Below are positions 54,497 to 63,569 of a DNA stretch of 64,000 bases, piece after piece. Location of the stretch: positions 32,232 to 96,231 of the forward strand of contig WOYW01000005.1 in NCBI GenBank assembly GCA_011620605.1, given 5' to 3'. This DNA is from Bacteroidales bacterium. Its GTDB lineage: Bacteria; Bacteroidota; Bacteroidia; Bacteroidales; UBA932. A program made the position numbers and the translations under genes. Every line of letters begins with the position of its first letter. Within the stretch, counting starts at the first letter, position 1. The notes beneath the pieces are model-generated. The model was not told the origin of the DNA. It did no database searches and saw only the letters and a program-made list of their open reading frames with translations.

Positions 54497-56584
54497 TCAA
54501 TTATCCCGGACACAACGAACAGAAAACCCGCGTTCCTTGCTGTAGCTGCCCCTGTAGACGCCGCTGTGACTGTAGTACAGGCACCGGGACCAGGCGCCAC
54601 TTGTAGTGTACTCAGTAGAACTCCACCAGTCGCCGTCGTTACCAATGTCGTAGAATGCCCCATCGGTGCTACGGTAGCCACCCGGAAGGGCTGAAAAACC
54701 CGATTTATATCTATATTCAGGATAATCGGTGTTCCCTGCTGCACCTTCGCTGGTTGAACTTTTCCAACAAATATTAGCAACCAAAGCTACAGCAAGTTTT
54801 TCTCTTACATCTGTGCCTCCTATTGAAGCATCGTATTTGTAGCCATTATTAGCTAAGTAAGTTTCAAGTTGTGTCCACTCATTATCACTTGGCAAATGCC
54901 AGCCCGGAGGACAGGCCGCCAGTGCAGCTGGCCAGTTATATAACACCCCATAGGTTTGGTAATTGGTTGTTGTTTTTGCCTCTGTATAGCTTGTGCCATT
55001 ATAATCGTATACATAATAATAAGCTGAGTTGGCTGATCCTGAAGTTGGCAGACTTACTGATGGCAGATATGCTAGATTTTCTGCCATCCACACTTGTTCG
55101 CCAAGGGTTACCATTTTGTAAACATGGCCATCACGGGAATCGACAAACGTAGCTCCCCCTTCTCCCTGGTTTGTTGTGAATGCTCTCTGCTCCCCATATG
55201 CAGTCCCCTCTGAGTTCGTCGCATATGCCCTGACATAATAGGTTGTATTAGGCGACAGGCCGGTGATATTGCCAGTATAAGTGCCCAGGCCACTGCCGTT
55301 AGTTGTCTTGGAACTTGAAGTTGTGGGATTTTCAGAGGTGTTCCAGCAGACGCCACGGGCAGTAACCCTTCGCCACCCTTCATAAGTTACTTCACTGTCA
55401 CAATCTGCAGTTGATCCCGTAATATTATTGATGGAGGAAAGATTCACAGTTGGTAATACCTGGTAGCCATCAGGAGGAACAATATAAAATGGAGTAGAAG
55501 CGTGTTTTTGAAGACCATCAAAGGTGTGAACGACAGTAAATCCGTTATCATATAATCTAACATTTGTCTCGCTAAAAAACCCGTTAACTGTAAACTCATA
55601 TGCATCCAGAAAACCAAGGCCAGAACAGAAGTTTTGAATCATTGATAATGATGCTCTGTGTATCTCAGGTATATACATCACTCTTTCATATCCATTATAA
55701 GCCTCAGCCCCAAGATCAAAAAAAGCTTTAGACAACGATCCTTCTACATTATCCCAAACTGATGTTTGACACCCATTAACAAACACCCATGTATTGCTAA
55801 AAAATTTATCACTAGGCGTTGTTTCAAATAACCACTCTGGAGTTATTCCATACCAGGTTCCACTAACACCCCCTGCCCCTGATTTTTCCCACCCCTTTTG
55901 ACCGTTTGACTTTAGCTGTTTAGTTCTTTCTCGCGATACTTTTTCACCGGTACAAATCATGGTATTTTTTTCACCATCAAATAAAAAACTGCCCCCATGT
56001 GTATATATAATTACTATATCATATAAACTCATAAATGAACCTCGAAATTTATCAATATCTGCATCTTCATTAATGAATTGATGCGTTATATATCCAGAAT
56101 TCTGCAATTTGTTGCAAATCGCTTCCAAATCTGTATGCAGTTGAAATTGAAAAGGTGCCAGAATTAAAGCTTCTCCATCACCACTTGGTTTTATTATGTC
56201 CGAAGTCTGTGTTTGTGTTATTGTCTTTGTTTTTAAAGGCTCCGACTTCGTTGCTTTTGTTTCATTCGTGGTAAACCATTTGTCATCTGTTATATCCACA
56301 AAAAAATAGTATAACTCGGTGCCATCGGTAAAATTCATAAGTATTGTACTGCTAGAAGCTTTTGCCGATACCACGTCTTCTAACAATTCAATTTTTTCCG
56401 CAATTGCATTAGGATCTACCAGCTCATCTGTTTCGATAGCATTAGCAAGTGTACTTTCTACAATTGTTTCGGCTTGAGCAACAATTACTTCGATTTCTTC
56501 TGGGGTCATACCTTCTTCGATGGCATCCTGGCCACAACCGAACAGAGAAATGCTCATAATTAGTAGTAAGATAGTCTTTTTCAT
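54497..56584 (-). CDS. DGR target lipoprotein with a C-terminal FISUMP (Fibrobacter succinogenes major paralogous) / C-type-lectin-fold domain
   Basis: The lipobox is ISLFGCG. The FISUMP signature FVDSRDGHVYKMVTLGEQVWMAENL is present, and the VR-encoded C-terminus is ...GFSVRCVRDN. Confidence 0.9.
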   Translation of the reverse strand: MKKTILLLIMSISLFGCGQDAIEEGMTPEEIEVIVAQAETIVESTLANAIETDELVDPNAIAEKIELLEDVVSAKASSSTILMNFTDGTELYYFFVDITDDKWFTTNETKATKSEPLKTKTITQTQTSDIIKPSGDGEALILAPFQFQLHTDLEAICNKLQNSGYITHQFINEDADIDKFRGSFMSLYDIVIIYTHGGSFLFDGEKNTMICTGEKVSRERTKQLKSNGQKGWEKSGAGGVSGTWYGITPEWLFETTPSDKFFSNTWVFVNGCQTSVWDNVEGSLSKAFFDLGAEAYNGYERVMYIPEIHRASLSMIQNFCSGLGFLDAYEFTVNGFFSETNVRLYDNGFTVVHTFDGLQKHASTPFYIVPPDGYQVLPTVNLSSINNITGSTADCDSEVTYEGWRRVTARGVCWNTSENPTTSSSKTTNGSGLGTYTGNITGLSPNTTYYVRAYATNSEGTAYGEQRAFTTNQGEGGATFVDSRDGHVYKMVTLGEQVWMAENLAYLPSVSLPTSGSANSAYYYVYDYNGTSYTEAKTTTNYQTYGVLYNWPAALAACPPGWHLPSDNEWTQLETYLANNGYKYDASIGGTDVREKLAVALVANICWKSSTSEGAAGNTDYPEYRYKSGFSALPGGYRSTDGAFYDIGNDGDWWSSTEYTTSGAWSRCLYYSHSGVYRGSYSKERGFSVRCVRDN
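54503..54691 (-). repeat. DGR variable repeat (VR) at the 3' end of the target gene
   Basis: Hand alignment to the TR shows about 35 mismatches. All but one or two fall where the TR coding strand has A. Confidence 0.9.
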
Positions 56585-56596
56585 TATTGTAAGGTT

Positions 56597-56899
56597 TTAA
56601 TTAAAATCCGTTTTATAGTTAAGTAAACTGCAAGCAAAGCTATAGCTCACATTCATGTATTCTAACTGTGTATCATTACATGGAGCCGGCTGTTTTTCAA
56701 TAACGGATTGCCAATTTATAAGATGGTCCATGGAGTTGGTACTAATTGACACCAGCACTCTACTCCCTTTCCAACCACTAAGAGAAAAAGTATAGACGTA
56801 TCTTAGGTTTTGATGAAACCGTAAGGCAAAATGAGTAGAAAGGAAAATCAGATCCTTTACCTGTTGCCTGAATACTCCGGTAATTAAAGCCGTAGACAT
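56597..56899 (-). CDS. Hypothetical protein (island-borne)
   Basis: The 100-aa ORF ends 12 nt upstream of the DGR target start. No motif was recognised. Confidence 0.35.
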   Translation of the reverse strand: MSTALITGVFRQQVKDLIFLSTHFALRFHQNLRYVYTFSLSGWKGSRVLVSISTNSMDHLINWQSVIEKQPAPCNDTQLEYMNVSYSFACSLLNYKTDFN

Positions 56900-56921
56900 T
56901 ATATGTTAAGATTTTATAAAT

Positions 56922-57305
56922 TTAGCCACAATATTTGACAACTTCAAGAAATAGCTGATTTAGTATATATAACTTTGATTCCGGTTGGTTTGAGTTTGAG
57001 TTTGAGTTTGGTAACATTGGCGCTTTGGCTTGGTGTAACTGGCTGAATATGACAGAAAACACTTCGCAATAATCATCGAAACTCCTAACTTTACGCATTG
57101 CTGCACCAGTAACATCTTTTGAGAATGAATAATGAGGTCCCCAACTATCGTCAAAGTGCCATCCCAGGTTTTGAAGATATGTAATAACCGCAATCTCATT
57201 TGCAAATGCCTTGCGTAGCCCTACACCGTCGTCAATGTACCCGGTACCGAAGCTAATCTGAACCTTTGCATACCTGACCTTTAATGTAATCTGAAAGATA
57301 ATCAT
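56922..57305 (-). CDS. Hypothetical protein (island-borne) containing an NSNSNS repeat
   Basis: The 127-aa ORF is co-directional with the DGR target. No motif was recognised. Confidence 0.4.
   Translation of the reverse strand: MIIFQITLKVRYAKVQISFGTGYIDDGVGLRKAFANEIAVITYLQNLGWHFDDSWGPHYSFSKDVTGAAMRKVRSFDDYCEVFSVIFSQLHQAKAPMLPNSNSNSNQPESKLYILNQLFLEVVKYCG
56988..57010. repeat. Hexanucleotide tandem repeat (gtttga x3.8)
   Basis: gtttgagtttgagtttgagtttg was read directly. It is in-frame within 56922-57305. Confidence 0.7.
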
Positions 57306-57608
57306 TTATTTATAGATCAGAATATCAATACATTGAAAAAAGCGTCAATATTATTGACAAAGCATTAAGTATAAACCACACAAGACATTATCATTAGCAA
57401 ATAAAGGCACCTAAAAAAGGCATCAAAGTATTAATTGTTTATCTTTGTTTCGCAAAGCAGACAAATGAGGTCTGTTTTTGTGTGCATGAAGCATCCTGGA
57501 ATAAATTTCTTGGGATGCTTTTTTATTAAGTCGGGGATATCATTGTGGATTTTTAAAAGCAAAAAAACCACAAATAGTTGATAATAACCAATTTGTGGTT
57601 TTAAGGGG

Positions 57609-57692
<84 letters not shown>

Positions 57693-57730
57693 GGGAATTT
57701 TAACAAAGGGATTGCAAAGATATACAAAAA

Positions 57731-58504
57731 CTAAAAATACGCAACGTCCTGCGACAATATATCTTTTAACAAATTGTTGGCAAGACGGCTTGCACCTATG
57801 CGAAACAGGGAAGGCTTCAACCAGTCTTTTCCCAGGATCTCATTCACAATAGAATGATATTCAAGAGCCTCCGTTGAAGTAACTATGCCGCCGGCAGGCT
57901 TGAACCCTACCCTTCTTCCGGTCTGCTGAAAATATTCAGCTATGCATTTACACATTACGGTTGCCGCAAACGGTGTGGCTGCAGGTTCCATTTTCCCGGT
58001 CGAGGTTTTAATAAAATCGGCCCCGTTCTCCATAGCCAGGAAAGATGCTTTCCGGATATTTTCCTCTGTCTTCAGGGCCCCCGTTTCCAGGATGACTTTC
58101 AAATGGGCATCAGGTCCCATGGCTTTTCGGATCCCGCGAAGCTCTGCTGCAACACGGTCGTATTTTCCTGCAAAGAAAAAATTCAGGGACAGGACCACAT
58201 CTACTTCATCAGCTCCCTGCTCCACACAAAGGGAACATTCCTGTTCTTTGATCTGCGTGAATGTCTGGGATGCCGGAAAACCTGCCCCCACGGCAGCGAT
58301 CTTCACACCCTTAACATGTAAGGTTTCCCTTACAGCACTTATCAAAGCGGGATATACGCAAATGGCTGCTACGTTAGGCATTTCGGGATAGTCTTCCGCA
58401 AAACGGTTTACGTTTTGGGCAAATAACCTGCCCCTGGCTTCCGTATCGGACGCATTGAGCGTAGTCAGATCTATAAAACTGAAACATTGTTGTAAAGCAT
58501 CCAT
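57731..58504 (-). CDS. deoC: Deoxyribose-phosphate aldolase
   Basis: The product contains IDLTTLN, ICVYP and FIKTSTGK (Schiff-base lysine). The ATG at 58504 lies directly after the dtd stop. Confidence 0.9.
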   Translation of the reverse strand: MDALQQCFSFIDLTTLNASDTEARGRLFAQNVNRFAEDYPEMPNVAAICVYPALISAVRETLHVKGVKIAAVGAGFPASQTFTQIKEQECSLCVEQGADEVDVVLSLNFFFAGKYDRVAAELRGIRKAMGPDAHLKVILETGALKTEENIRKASFLAMENGADFIKTSTGKMEPAATPFAATVMCKCIAEYFQQTGRRVGFKPAGGIVTSTEALEYHSIVNEILGKDWLKPSLFRIGASRLANNLLKDILSQDVAYF

Positions 58505-58505
58505 A

Positions 58506-58958
58506 TTATTCTCTTTTTTTACTGTCAATGATTATGGTTACCGGACCATCGTTTACCAGTTGCACTTCCATATGAGCCCCAAACTCTCCGGTTTCTACTT
58601 CTATTCCCGTATACGTCTGCAACAGCATACAGAAAGATTCGTACAGGGGAATCGCTACGTCCGGTACAGCTGCCTTTACATACGAGGGACGGTTCCCTTT
58701 ACGGGTAGATGCATGGAGTGTAAACTGGCTTACAACCAGCAACTGTCCCGACACCTGTGAAACGGAAAGGTTCATAACTCCCTGAACATCATCAAAGATC
58801 CTCAGATTGGCTATCTTACGCACCATCCATTCCAGATCCTCCCTGCTGTCTTCTTCTTCAAAGCCGGCCAGGATCAGCATTCCCGGACCGATGCGTCCTT
58901 TCAGAGACCCTTCGATGTTTACCGAGGCTTCAGTGACCCTTTGAATTACCGTTCTCAT
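58506..58958 (-). CDS. dtd: D-aminoacyl-tRNA deacylase
   Basis: The 150-aa product contains MRTVIQRV, SQFTL and GxFGAxM (GEFGAHM). Confidence 0.95.
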   Translation of the reverse strand: MRTVIQRVTEASVNIEGSLKGRIGPGMLILAGFEEEDSREDLEWMVRKIANLRIFDDVQGVMNLSVSQVSGQLLVVSQFTLHASTRKGNRPSYVKAAVPDVAIPLYESFCMLLQTYTGIEVETGEFGAHMEVQLVNDGPVTIIIDSKKRE

Positions 58959-58962
58959 AACA

Positions 58963-59754
58963 TTATGCGGCTACCACCGTTTTGATTCCTTTCTTTTCCA
59001 CTTCCCGCGCAATGTCCAGCAGTTTCTCCAGGGGACATTTCTTCAATCCTTCCAGGGGAGTGGGTCTGTCCAGGGTGTAAACCATGACTTCCCGCGGGCC
59101 CGTTTCATCCAAAAGCGTATACCAGGCGTTCAATTCCTTTTCCGTGGTGTTGTCCACCTCCGAGCCATCGATCATCCCGCTGAAAAACAAGGTCTGGAGC
59201 GTAAAATCACCTTTAAAGCGTTTCAATGCATCCACAGTCCTTTGCAGCGAATACCCCTTTCCCGGCCGGTTGATCTTTTGTAGCTTTTTTCCAATTGCCG
59301 AGTCGATCTTCATGATCCTTTGATCTGCCATCAACAACCCTTCGAAGACTCCAGGGATCTGAAGTGTCCCTGAGTTGGATAGGACGCAGACTTGTGAACC
59401 CGGACTTAGGATATTGCGAATTGCCACGGTATCCTGCATGATCTTCAGAAAATTCCTGTGTAGTGTAGGTTCTCCGTTCCCGGAAAAAGTAATGACATCG
59501 GGCAATTTATCTTCCTTTCCCAGCTTTTTCAGTTTTTCCTCCAATGCAACGAAAATCTCCTTTGGAGAAGGTATCAGTTCATTCAGATCCTCCTGACCGG
59601 CAAGAGGTTGGGGATTCCACCCACATTCGCAATATACGCAATCGAAATTACATACTTTCCGGGTTGGCGGCATCAGGTTGATACCCAGGCTGGAACCCAG
59701 ACGCCTGCTGTGGATCGGTCCGAAAACCGGACTGTGAAACGCCATGTTTTCCAT
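58963..59754 (-). CDS. Radical SAM protein of unknown specificity
   Basis: The product has the triad CNFDCVYC and the block FSGNGEPTL. It is 263 aa long. Confidence 0.8.
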   Translation of the reverse strand: MENMAFHSPVFGPIHSRRLGSSLGINLMPPTRKVCNFDCVYCECGWNPQPLAGQEDLNELIPSPKEIFVALEEKLKKLGKEDKLPDVITFSGNGEPTLHRNFLKIMQDTVAIRNILSPGSQVCVLSNSGTLQIPGVFEGLLMADQRIMKIDSAIGKKLQKINRPGKGYSLQRTVDALKRFKGDFTLQTLFFSGMIDGSEVDNTTEKELNAWYTLLDETGPREVMVYTLDRPTPLEGLKKCPLEKLLDIAREVEKKGIKTVVAA

Positions 59755-59755
59755 A

Positions 59756-60376
59756 TCAATCCAGATTAATGCTAACTCTTATACGCGGTATTACGGTTTT
59801 GGGGCGGGCCAGGTACAACGGTACTGAATCCCTGTAGGTCAGGGTGTCAATGACAGGCAACAGTCGCAATGCAGGATCCTTGTACAAAGAATCCCGGTCC
59901 ATGCGCCAGGGTTGTAACTGTGAGGAATCAGGCGGCAGGATCCTGAGCAACGATTGCTTGAATATCATGTCGTGGATACCGGGTACGGAATCCTTTAACC
60001 AGGCATTAAAACGCGCTACAAGTTCTTTTTGCCTGTTAATGTATGAAAGTTGTTCGTTATACGCCGTCCTTTCTGCGTTGATATTCCTTCTCAATTGGGT
60101 CAGCAACGATTTAAAACGGGCCGGCCGGCTTGCGTAATGATCCAGTGTAGCCAGGAACTCTTCCGTAGTATAACCGTATTTTTCCAGTATGGGAGGATAA
60201 ACCAGCGTGGAATCGGCCAATCGACCCAGTGTCCCGTCAAGTTCCAGTATAAGGTCCGTCAGGAACATTTCCCGTAAAACCAATTGGAAATCTTCCTTAG
60301 GTATCCTTCCGGTTGAAGGTCCGGTGCACCCGGTTAAGAATAATAGGATACAGACAAAGGTCAGCGCAATTCTCAT
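59756..60376 (-). CDS. DUF4296-like lipoprotein
   Basis: The lipobox is LFLTGCTG, followed by IPKEDFQLVLREMFLTD. Confidence 0.55.
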   Translation of the reverse strand: MRIALTFVCILLFLTGCTGPSTGRIPKEDFQLVLREMFLTDLILELDGTLGRLADSTLVYPPILEKYGYTTEEFLATLDHYASRPARFKSLLTQLRRNINAERTAYNEQLSYINRQKELVARFNAWLKDSVPGIHDMIFKQSLLRILPPDSSQLQPWRMDRDSLYKDPALRLLPVIDTLTYRDSVPLYLARPKTVIPRIRVSINLD

Positions 60377-62211
60377 ATACCCGCAAAGGTAAAGAAAATT
60401 GCGGTTTGTGCAGGTACCTTTAGCGGTTGACCGACCGTAATTTCAGTTCCGCTTAATACTTCTATTCCTTTAACGGCATTACCCAGACCCTGGGTGTAAC
60501 GTTCCCACTCCACCGAAACCGGTTCGGTCCCGTTGTTGATCAGAACCATGATGCATTCGTTATCCAGTATCCTGAAATATACGTACATGTTTTCCCCATA
60601 CCGCGGGAGGTAGTGAAGCAGCCTCCCGTACTGAACGGTTTTTGAAGATTTTTTCCAGGTCAGTAAACGGGAAATGTAATCGTATACGTTTTCTTCCAGC
60701 GGATCCCTTCCTTTGGGGTCAAGGACGCGTGCCGGCATAGGCACCCTTTCTTCTCCGTGTCCCAGGCGTTTGGGGTCTTTGGCCACCATCAAAACCTCTG
60801 TACCATAATAAATTTGTAGGATACCACGAGTAGTTGCCAGGAAAGTATATGCCATTTTCAGTTTTTCGGGATTACGGCCCAACATCTCGTACATACGGTT
60901 GGTGTCGTGATTCTCGGCAAAAATCAACAATTCGTTGGGGTTTTTGTAGACAAAGTCATTGGAGATCACATTGTACAGACGGACCATTCCTTCTCCCCAC
61001 TGCGGGTCGGTATCTTCCATGAATGCCCTGCAAATCTCTCCCTGCAAAGGAAAGTCCATGACAGTAGGACCACCCGGCAGGGGACCGCGTTCCCAGTATG
61101 CCACTTGCTGGGGATGGTTGTACCAGCATTCTGCCAGGACCGTTGCATTCGGGTATTCGTTCCGCATGGCAGCCGAATAAGCAGAAATGGCCGTTTCATC
61201 TGAATAGGGGTACGTATCGATCCGTACACCGGCCAGTCCGGCATATTCCATCCACCATATGGTGACCTGTATGAAATAGTGTAAAACAAAGGGATTGGTC
61301 AAGTTCATATCGGCCATGGAAGTATCGAACCAGCCCTGAACGCAAAGATCATTGTCTGCTTGTGCGGCATGGGGATCCATATGCGTTATCATAGCATAGT
61401 TGGAACGGGTATAGGTGTCAAAGACATTGATCCAGTCTTTGAAGGGCAGGTCTTCCATCCACCAGTGAGCCGTTCCGCAATGATTGGGAACGATATCCTG
61501 GATAAAGGAAATTCCTTTTTTGGAAGCTTCCCGTACTACTTCCCTGTACATTTCATTGGTGCCAAAACGGGGATCTACCCGGTAATAATCGGCACAGGCA
61601 TAACCGTGATAAGAGGCACGCGGTTCGTTATCGAAAGTTACCGGTGTGGGCCAAACGGCCGTAACACCTAGTTTCTGGAGGTAATCCAGGCTCATTCGCA
61701 TCCCTTCCAGGTCTCCGCCTTTTCGGCCGTAATCTTGTTGGTAACCTGCTTTTTCGACCGCTTCATCTACGGAATCATTGTGGGGATCCCCGTTCACAAA
61801 ACGGTCCGGCATCAAAAGGTACAGGACATCTGAAGGGTTCAGGCCCCGGCGTGCGGACGATCCGGGTTTCCTTTCGTTCAACGTGTAATTGAAACGTATC
61901 TTCTCTTTACCGTCTGCCCATTCCAGGGTATATTCTCCGGCCTGTGTGCCTGCAGGAATCATTACGTCAAGAAACAGGTAATTGGGACTGTCTGTTTTGT
62001 GTACCTGAGTGATCTGCGGACCCGGAGTAACCATGCTTACCGTGCCTTTTCCCAGTCCGGGACCGTATATCATCAATTGCAGCTGTGTTTCCATACCGGT
62101 CCACCAGCAAGGAGGTTCTATTCTTTCTACCGATGGTTTTTCATGTTTCATGGCACTTGCTGTGGTTATCATTGCCGGTATTAAAAGGCATAACAGGAAT
62201 AATCGTTTCAT
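60373..62211 (-). CDS. GH13 alpha-amylase family enzyme with a cyclomaltodextrinase-type N-terminal domain (SusA/neopullulanase-like)
   Basis: The product has a signal peptide and the N-domain block EPPCWWTGM. GH13 regions are present (DIVPNHCG, GVRIDT, AENHD). Confidence 0.85.
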   Translation of the reverse strand: MKRLFLLCLLIPAMITTASAMKHEKPSVERIEPPCWWTGMETQLQLMIYGPGLGKGTVSMVTPGPQITQVHKTDSPNYLFLDVMIPAGTQAGEYTLEWADGKEKIRFNYTLNERKPGSSARRGLNPSDVLYLLMPDRFVNGDPHNDSVDEAVEKAGYQQDYGRKGGDLEGMRMSLDYLQKLGVTAVWPTPVTFDNEPRASYHGYACADYYRVDPRFGTNEMYREVVREASKKGISFIQDIVPNHCGTAHWWMEDLPFKDWINVFDTYTRSNYAMITHMDPHAAQADNDLCVQGWFDTSMADMNLTNPFVLHYFIQVTIWWMEYAGLAGVRIDTYPYSDETAISAYSAAMRNEYPNATVLAECWYNHPQQVAYWERGPLPGGPTVMDFPLQGEICRAFMEDTDPQWGEGMVRLYNVISNDFVYKNPNELLIFAENHDTNRMYEMLGRNPEKLKMAYTFLATTRGILQIYYGTEVLMVAKDPKRLGHGEERVPMPARVLDPKGRDPLEENVYDYISRLLTWKKSSKTVQYGRLLHYLPRYGENMYVYFRILDNECIMVLINNGTEPVSVEWERYTQGLGNAVKGIEVLSGTEITVGQPLKVPAQTAIFFTFAGI

Positions 62212-62215
62212 AATA

Positions 62216-63556
62216 CTATTCTAAGGTAAGGATCCGGTACCCGTGAGGTTCCATTTCACATGTGAGGTTGTTACTGATTTCATATTCATTGCGGGAGAAC
62301 CAGTCCAGGTACATCCCGTCGGTCTGTGATCCGGTAAGCCTGAAAGATACCTGACTGTCGGAAAAATTGAACAGCGACAGTACCCTGTTCCCTTCGGCTT
62401 CCCTTACAAATGCAAGTATATTGGAGGGACCTTCGTGAGGCACTTCCTTCAAGGTTCCGCCATAGGGCGGTACCTGCAGAGCAGGAGATCCTTTCCTGAG
62501 TGCAGTGAGGTTTTTGTAAAATTCGGTGTATTCTGCACTTTTATGCGGCTGCAAAGTGTCTTTTTCAAAAAATTCCAGACGTTTTGTGTTGCCTTTTTCC
62601 TGTCCGGTGTATATCAGCGGGATACCGGGTAAAACAAAAGTCAGGGCAGCCATTTGGTGAACGGCCTCTCCCATGCGTTCAAACTCGGTACCACTCCATG
62701 AATTTTCATCGTGGTTGGATGTAAAGAGGAGCGGAATGGCATTGGGACCAAAGTCGCGATGCATGTCGTTAAGGCACTTACGTATGCTGTCGGCGGTCTT
62801 TTCGCCCAGGGCCACACTGTTCATGGTGTGATGCAGTTTCCAGGCATAATACGCATTGAAGGCCTTCTCTGTGTTCACGGGGTTCTCCGACTCGGCAAGC
62901 ATAAAAATGCCTGGACGGTGGCGGCGCAGCTCGGGAACGACGTGGTTCCAGAAATCTACCGGGGTCAGATCGGCCATGTCGCAGCGAAATCCGTCAACCC
63001 CAACATCCTCGGTCCAGAAACGCATTTTTTCCAGCATGGCTTCCCTCATTTCTGTGTTTTCGTAATTCAGCCGAGCTACGTCGGACCAATCATACAGGAA
63101 TTCGGGTTCGCCGTCCGGTCTGCGGATGTACCAGTCTTGCTTATCCAGCCATACGGCATCGCGTGAAGTGTGCGCAGCCACCCAGTCCAGAATGACTTTC
63201 ATATCCAGCTCATGGGCCCGGTCAACCAAGTTGCGAAAATCTTCCATGGTCCCGAATTCCGGATTTACGGCACCGTAATCACGTATAGAATAATACGAAC
63301 CCAGCGTACCTTTCCGGCCTTCCTTTCCTATGGGATATATGGGCATAAACCATAACACGTCTACTCCCATCTCCTGTAATTCCGGCAACATCCCGGCAAA
63401 GGCTGTGAAAGTCCCTTCCGGGGTGATCTGTCTTGTGTTCACTTCGTATATTACGGCATTTCGGATCCATCCGGGGTGGATCTCCTTTTCTTTCTGTTGC
63501 GAGCAACCTCCTGCGATAACTGTCATAAAGATTATTGTTAATAGAATATGTTTCAT
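62216..63556 (-). CDS. GH13 alpha-amylase lipoprotein
   Basis: The lipobox is VIAGGCS. GH13 regions are present (DWVAAHTS, GFRCDMA, MLAESE, TSNHDE). The ATG at 63556 was used. Confidence 0.85.
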   Translation of the reverse strand: MKHILLTIIFMTVIAGGCSQQKEKEIHPGWIRNAVIYEVNTRQITPEGTFTAFAGMLPELQEMGVDVLWFMPIYPIGKEGRKGTLGSYYSIRDYGAVNPEFGTMEDFRNLVDRAHELDMKVILDWVAAHTSRDAVWLDKQDWYIRRPDGEPEFLYDWSDVARLNYENTEMREAMLEKMRFWTEDVGVDGFRCDMADLTPVDFWNHVVPELRRHRPGIFMLAESENPVNTEKAFNAYYAWKLHHTMNSVALGEKTADSIRKCLNDMHRDFGPNAIPLLFTSNHDENSWSGTEFERMGEAVHQMAALTFVLPGIPLIYTGQEKGNTKRLEFFEKDTLQPHKSAEYTEFYKNLTALRKGSPALQVPPYGGTLKEVPHEGPSNILAFVREAEGNRVLSLFNFSDSQVSFRLTGSQTDGMYLDWFSRNEYEISNNLTCEMEPHGYRILTLE

Positions 63557-63569
63557 AGTTCCGGTTTTA

